Assembly (NCBI GenBank): GCA_013205155.1
Contig: JABMMT010000177.1
Coordinates: forward strand, 1-41,376
DNA: 41,376 bases
Reading direction: 5' to 3'
Source of the DNA: Betaproteobacteria bacterium
Lineage (GTDB): Bacteria; Pseudomonadota; Gammaproteobacteria; Burkholderiales; Burkholderiaceae
The notes under the pieces were generated by a model. That model had not been told where the DNA came from. It did no database searches and saw only the letters and a program-made list of their open reading frames with translations. Below are positions 38,231 through 41,376 of this stretch, in pieces. The position numbers and the translations under genes were made by a program. Position 1 is the stretch's first letter, and the number at the start of each line of letters is the position of its first letter.

Positions 38231-39013
38231 TTATCCTCTAAGTAAAATTCTCCACCATTGAAAGCGCAGCCAGATATCAGAAAGTTGAAAAGCAAGCTCT
38301 TGTTGCATGCGTCTAAACCATTGATCTAAAGCGACACCTCGAGCATCATTAGTCACTAAAGCATACTCACCAATCATTTTTAGGCGACCAAATAATACCG
38401 CTGTAACTATATCAGCCGAGCTAGGTTTATTGCCAAATAAAAAATGATCTGGAGTTGGTAGTTGATTTAAATAGTCGCCTATACGATTACGCTCTACCGT
38501 CATCTTTTCCTCTAAGCTAGCGCCCTGAGTAAAGTAAGTAATGCGCGATTGGTTTAAATCAATCTTTGCTTGCAATGCTGTAGGATTTTTTGCTGTTGTA
38601 AGTTGAGCCTGAAGGCTTTTAATGATGCCGCCCAAGGCACGCGGAAAAATAAACTTCAAGATTGGTAAATGAAGCATAGCCTTACAAAAGGTCAGGCGCT
38701 CAATCGGGATTGCATAGTGTGCTTTCACGACTGACTCAATTTGAGGAGCTAAATTTACATCGATATCAAGCCATTGATTGCCCGCTTGGGTTGCTGCTAA
38801 GCGCAAGATATCTTGGCTATCAATCAAGATAGTTTTGCCATCCACTAAAGTAGGTACAGTCATGTGGGGGTTAAGCGCGATATACCAAGGGGCAAGTTGC
38901 TCTTTGCGAACATGGATATCCATATGATGATTTTCAAATGGTATGTGTGCTGTATTTAATGCTAAACGACCAATCATCGAATAATATGATGGCGGAGCGC
39001 TATAGAGGATCAT
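38231..39013 (-). CDS. Glutathione S-transferase-like protein
   Basis: LYSAPPSYYS, LNPHMTVPTLVD, DSQDIL, FLFGNKPSSADI; ATG 39013 preferred over GTG 39025. Confidence 0.8.
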   Translation of the reverse strand: MILYSAPPSYYSMIGRLALNTAHIPFENHHMDIHVRKEQLAPWYIALNPHMTVPTLVDGKTILIDSQDILRLAATQAGNQWLDIDVNLAPQIESVVKAHYAIPIERLTFCKAMLHLPILKFIFPRALGGIIKSLQAQLTTAKNPTALQAKIDLNQSRITYFTQGASLEEKMTVERNRIGDYLNQLPTPDHFLFGNKPSSADIVTAVLFGRLKMIGEYALVTNDARGVALDQWFRRMQQELAFQLSDIWLRFQWWRILLRG

Positions 39014-39073
39014 TAATATATTCACCTTAAGGGATTTGTACTAAAAATCAGTTTAACAAGAACTCACCTTACT

Positions 39074-39478
39074 CTAAATTGATAGATACTCGGCGACTTC
39101 AACTAAATTACCATCGGGATCACGTAAATAAACAGATCGGATTGGTCCTAATGCACCCCTTCTGGGTACTGGACCCACATCAATCGCTACTCCAATATTT
39201 TGAAGATGCGATATAAAGTCATCTAATGGTCCTGAAGCTATTAAACAAAAATCACCTGAGCCTATAGTTGGAACCCTTGCCTTGGTAGGAGTTTCGGTCG
39301 CTTTATCTTGAAGATTAATTTTAAGCTGGCCAAATCGTAGCGCATGACGTGGCTGCCCTTCTGGTCCTACGAAAAATTCCCTCTCAAAGCCCATTACCAA
39401 TTCATACCACTGTGTTGTCAACTCTATATCAGTGACCGTCAACACAATATGATCAATGCGATCAATCATTTTTTTCAT
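39074..39478 (-). CDS. VOC/glyoxalase-family protein
   Basis: IDHIVLTV, GSGDFC, GPVPRRGALGPIRSVYLRDPDGNLVEV. Confidence 0.9.
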   Translation of the reverse strand: MKKMIDRIDHIVLTVTDIELTTQWYELVMGFEREFFVGPEGQPRHALRFGQLKINLQDKATETPTKARVPTIGSGDFCLIASGPLDDFISHLQNIGVAIDVGPVPRRGALGPIRSVYLRDPDGNLVEVAEYLSI

Positions 39479-39848
39479 ATTATTGGGTCAATAAAAAGTA
39501 AATTACCAGTCATTAAAGTGTTCTTCAAATTTGAGCTTTATTGGTGTAGTACTCATCAGGCAAAGCTCTTCTTGTATATAGCATATAGGAATTACACATT
39601 ATTTCAAATCTAGATAAACCCTAATGATCAAAACATGAGCTAATGACTCTAGCCCCTTTCTATTTATAGTCAAATCTGCAGTATTGCTGTTCACGTCCCA
39701 GCACATTAGCCTAAGAAGTTTTATAAAAGAGCTAAATAGCTAGTTAAGCAATGGTTTTAAAGTGTTTAGATTTGGTGTGGCATCCGCAGGGGCTCGAATC
39801 GTTTGAGGTGGAAATTTGTCGGATTAATCGACAGAATGAAAATTGTTA

Positions 39849-40904
39849 CTACTTTAAGTTAACCCCAACTTTTTTCCCTGCCTCACAAATATCTTGCCAA
39901 GTTTTATCATCAATTTCAAAGCCTTCTGCTAAGCGTAGTGCCATCATTTTTCGTTCGGGCTCGCCAGCTAGCATCACCGGAATACCAGCCTCGCTGGCTG
40001 GGCTTTGATATACCCAATCAATAAATGAGTTTGTTTCTAATTCAAATTGCTCTTTTGAGCTCATGCAAACAGGGTTGATCAAAATTGATAGCATCCCATT
40101 CCAGATAGCACGTTTTTTTATTTTCGGTGGCTTCCAAGTACCGCCCCCAGTTAATGCACCCCCCAGTAATTCACAGGCTATGGCCAAGCCCGAGCCTTTA
40201 TGCTCTCCAAAAGGCATTAAAGCTCCTAAATTACCAGCAGCATCTGGCTTTACAACAACGCTTGGATCGGTGGTGGGCAAGCCCTGTTGATTGATCAAAA
40301 ACCCAGGACTAACTTGTTTGCCAGTATTGTGAGCAACCCTCATCTTGCCCTGCGCAGAGCGGCTAGTAGCAAAATCTAAAATAAATGGCTCACGATGAGT
40401 AATCGGCACGCCAATACAAAATGGATTAGTGCCATGTCTACCTATAGCGCCACCCCAAACGGCTACAACTGGAGCAGAAATAACATTCACTAGGTGAATT
40501 GAAACTAAACCCTCCGCTGCAGCCATTTCAGCGAAATGCCCAATACGACCCAAGTGGTGAGCATGCGATAAGGACACAATACAACTTCCTAATTTTTTTG
40601 CCCTAGAAATCCCCATCGCGATTGCTTCTTCGCCGACAATTTGCCCAAAGCCTCCGCACCCATCAAGTACTAACATACTACCTAGGTCACTTGTTACCTT
40701 AATGCTTTGATTGGGCTGCAAAGAACCTTCTTGAAATGATTCGATGTAACGCGGGATCATTCCCGCACCGTGGGAATCATGCCCCTTTAAATTTGCCTGA
40801 ACCAAGTTTGTGCAAACCCGCAAGGCTTCGACCTCAGTACTACCAGTAGCTCTAATTATTTGAGCAATTTTAGTTTTTAGATCTTCAGCATGAAAAATTG
40901 GCAT
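39849..40904 (-). CDS. Malate/lactate/ureidoglycolate dehydrogenase family (Ldh_2)
   Basis: GHDSHG, HHLGRIG, GTNPF, LDFATS, FGEHKGSGLA, AGEPE. Confidence 0.9.
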   Translation of the reverse strand: MPIFHAEDLKTKIAQIIRATGSTEVEALRVCTNLVQANLKGHDSHGAGMIPRYIESFQEGSLQPNQSIKVTSDLGSMLVLDGCGGFGQIVGEEAIAMGISRAKKLGSCIVSLSHAHHLGRIGHFAEMAAAEGLVSIHLVNVISAPVVAVWGGAIGRHGTNPFCIGVPITHREPFILDFATSRSAQGKMRVAHNTGKQVSPGFLINQQGLPTTDPSVVVKPDAAGNLGALMPFGEHKGSGLAIACELLGGALTGGGTWKPPKIKKRAIWNGMLSILINPVCMSSKEQFELETNSFIDWVYQSPASEAGIPVMLAGEPERKMMALRLAEGFEIDDKTWQDICEAGKKVGVNLK

Positions 40905-41050
40905 AGTAATTTAGTTTATTGTTCTTTATGGTGGATGATTGATTATTAAAGCCCTGCCTAAGATCAACTGTACTCTAGACAAGCACACCCATGATCAACC
41001 TCAATCGAGCTAATAGGTCAGCCCGGGTTTACATTACATAAGAAGATTTT

Positions 41051-41087
41051 TGGCCTGCCCGGCACGATTCGAACGTGCGACCTACGC
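41051..41087 (-). repeat. tRNA 3'-half duplicate (att site), probably tRNA-Arg(TCT)
   Basis: Minus strand GCGTAGGTC-GCACG-TTCGAAT-CGTGC-CGGGCAG-G-CCA: perfect T-arm, acceptor strand and CCA, with no 5' half. Confidence 0.85.
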
Positions 41088-41090
41088 GTT

Positions 41091-41375
41091 TTAAAGAATT
41101 GTCTCTAAACGATTAAACTCACTATTCAGTAATTTAGAGTGAAAATTGACGACTGTGTAAGCGGCTTGTGCCAAACCTTCCATTTTTCGCAGTCCGTAGG
41201 CCTCTACTTTTGCCCTATCTTGCTCGCTATCAATCCCTAAAGGAATGTTCGCTTTCTCGATGATAGTCGTAGAATAAATAAACGCTGCATCTAAGTTAAG
41301 CCAGCCGATTAAAGTCTTCAGTCTTGCCGTCTCTGGTATTGATTGGCCATTGATCCATTTTCTCGCCGATTCACG
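41091..41375 (-). CDS. Partial XRE/Cro-like HTH protein, 5' end outside the window
   Basis: Open frame RESARKWINGQSIPETARLKTLIGWLNLD..RLETIL-stop; KW..G..P pattern of XRE helices. Confidence 0.62.
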   Translation of the reverse strand, partial: RESARKWINGQSIPETARLKTLIGWLNLDAAFIYSTTIIEKANIPLGIDSEQDRAKVEAYGLRKMEGLAQAAYTVVNFHSKLLNSEFNRLETIL

Positions 41376-41376
41376 A

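Noticed and set aside
39773-39800. tRNA-3'-like string (minus strand TTCGAGCCCCTGCGGATGCCA)
   Set aside because: The 5' strand of the T-stem is missing and the spacing to CCA is wrong; it could be a very old att scar but cannot be supported
1-41376. CRISPR array, IS element, integrase, rRNA or riboswitch
   Set aside because: No spaced direct-repeat array, transposase or integrase motif, or recognisable structured-RNA consensus was seen by eye

Overview
This is a low-GC betaproteobacterial chromosome segment; gene content and order most resemble Polynucleobacter/Burkholderiaceae (inferred, not searched). The left part (~0.2-22.5 kb) is mostly core housekeeping: tRNA-Asp, hyi-glxR, tatD-holB-tmk-mltG, ygfZ, selO-msrB-yciB-bolA-PPIase, aroC and wrbA. 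The right part (~22.5-41.4 kb) is an accessory patchwork: a histone-H1-like gene joined to ppk2, a haloacetate dehalogenase, a higher-GC phnDCEE cassette with Pho boxes, a TfdA-like dioxygenase with a Bug receptor, htpX, and GST-like, VOC and Ldh_2 genes. Two tRNA-Arg 3' remnants of different ages (31.5 kb and 41.05 kb) mark it as a repeatedly used integration hotspot. The most notable observations are: (1) a 370-aa orphan that aligns by eye with the Bacillus spore-coat transglutaminase Tgl, with the catalytic Cys kept and the other catalytic residues changed; (2) an AlgP/H1-like basic protein 7 bp upstream of ppk2, a candidate polyphosphate-granule module; (3) many genes with a -10 box 6-7 nt before the ATG (leaderless layout), including symmetric bidirectional promoters; (4) a tRNA-Asp with a mispaired acceptor stem behind a Bacteroidetes-type promoter, suggesting a chimeric contig end. 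No CRISPR array, rRNA, transposase or integrase was seen. All family assignments come from motif recognition by eye, without database searches.
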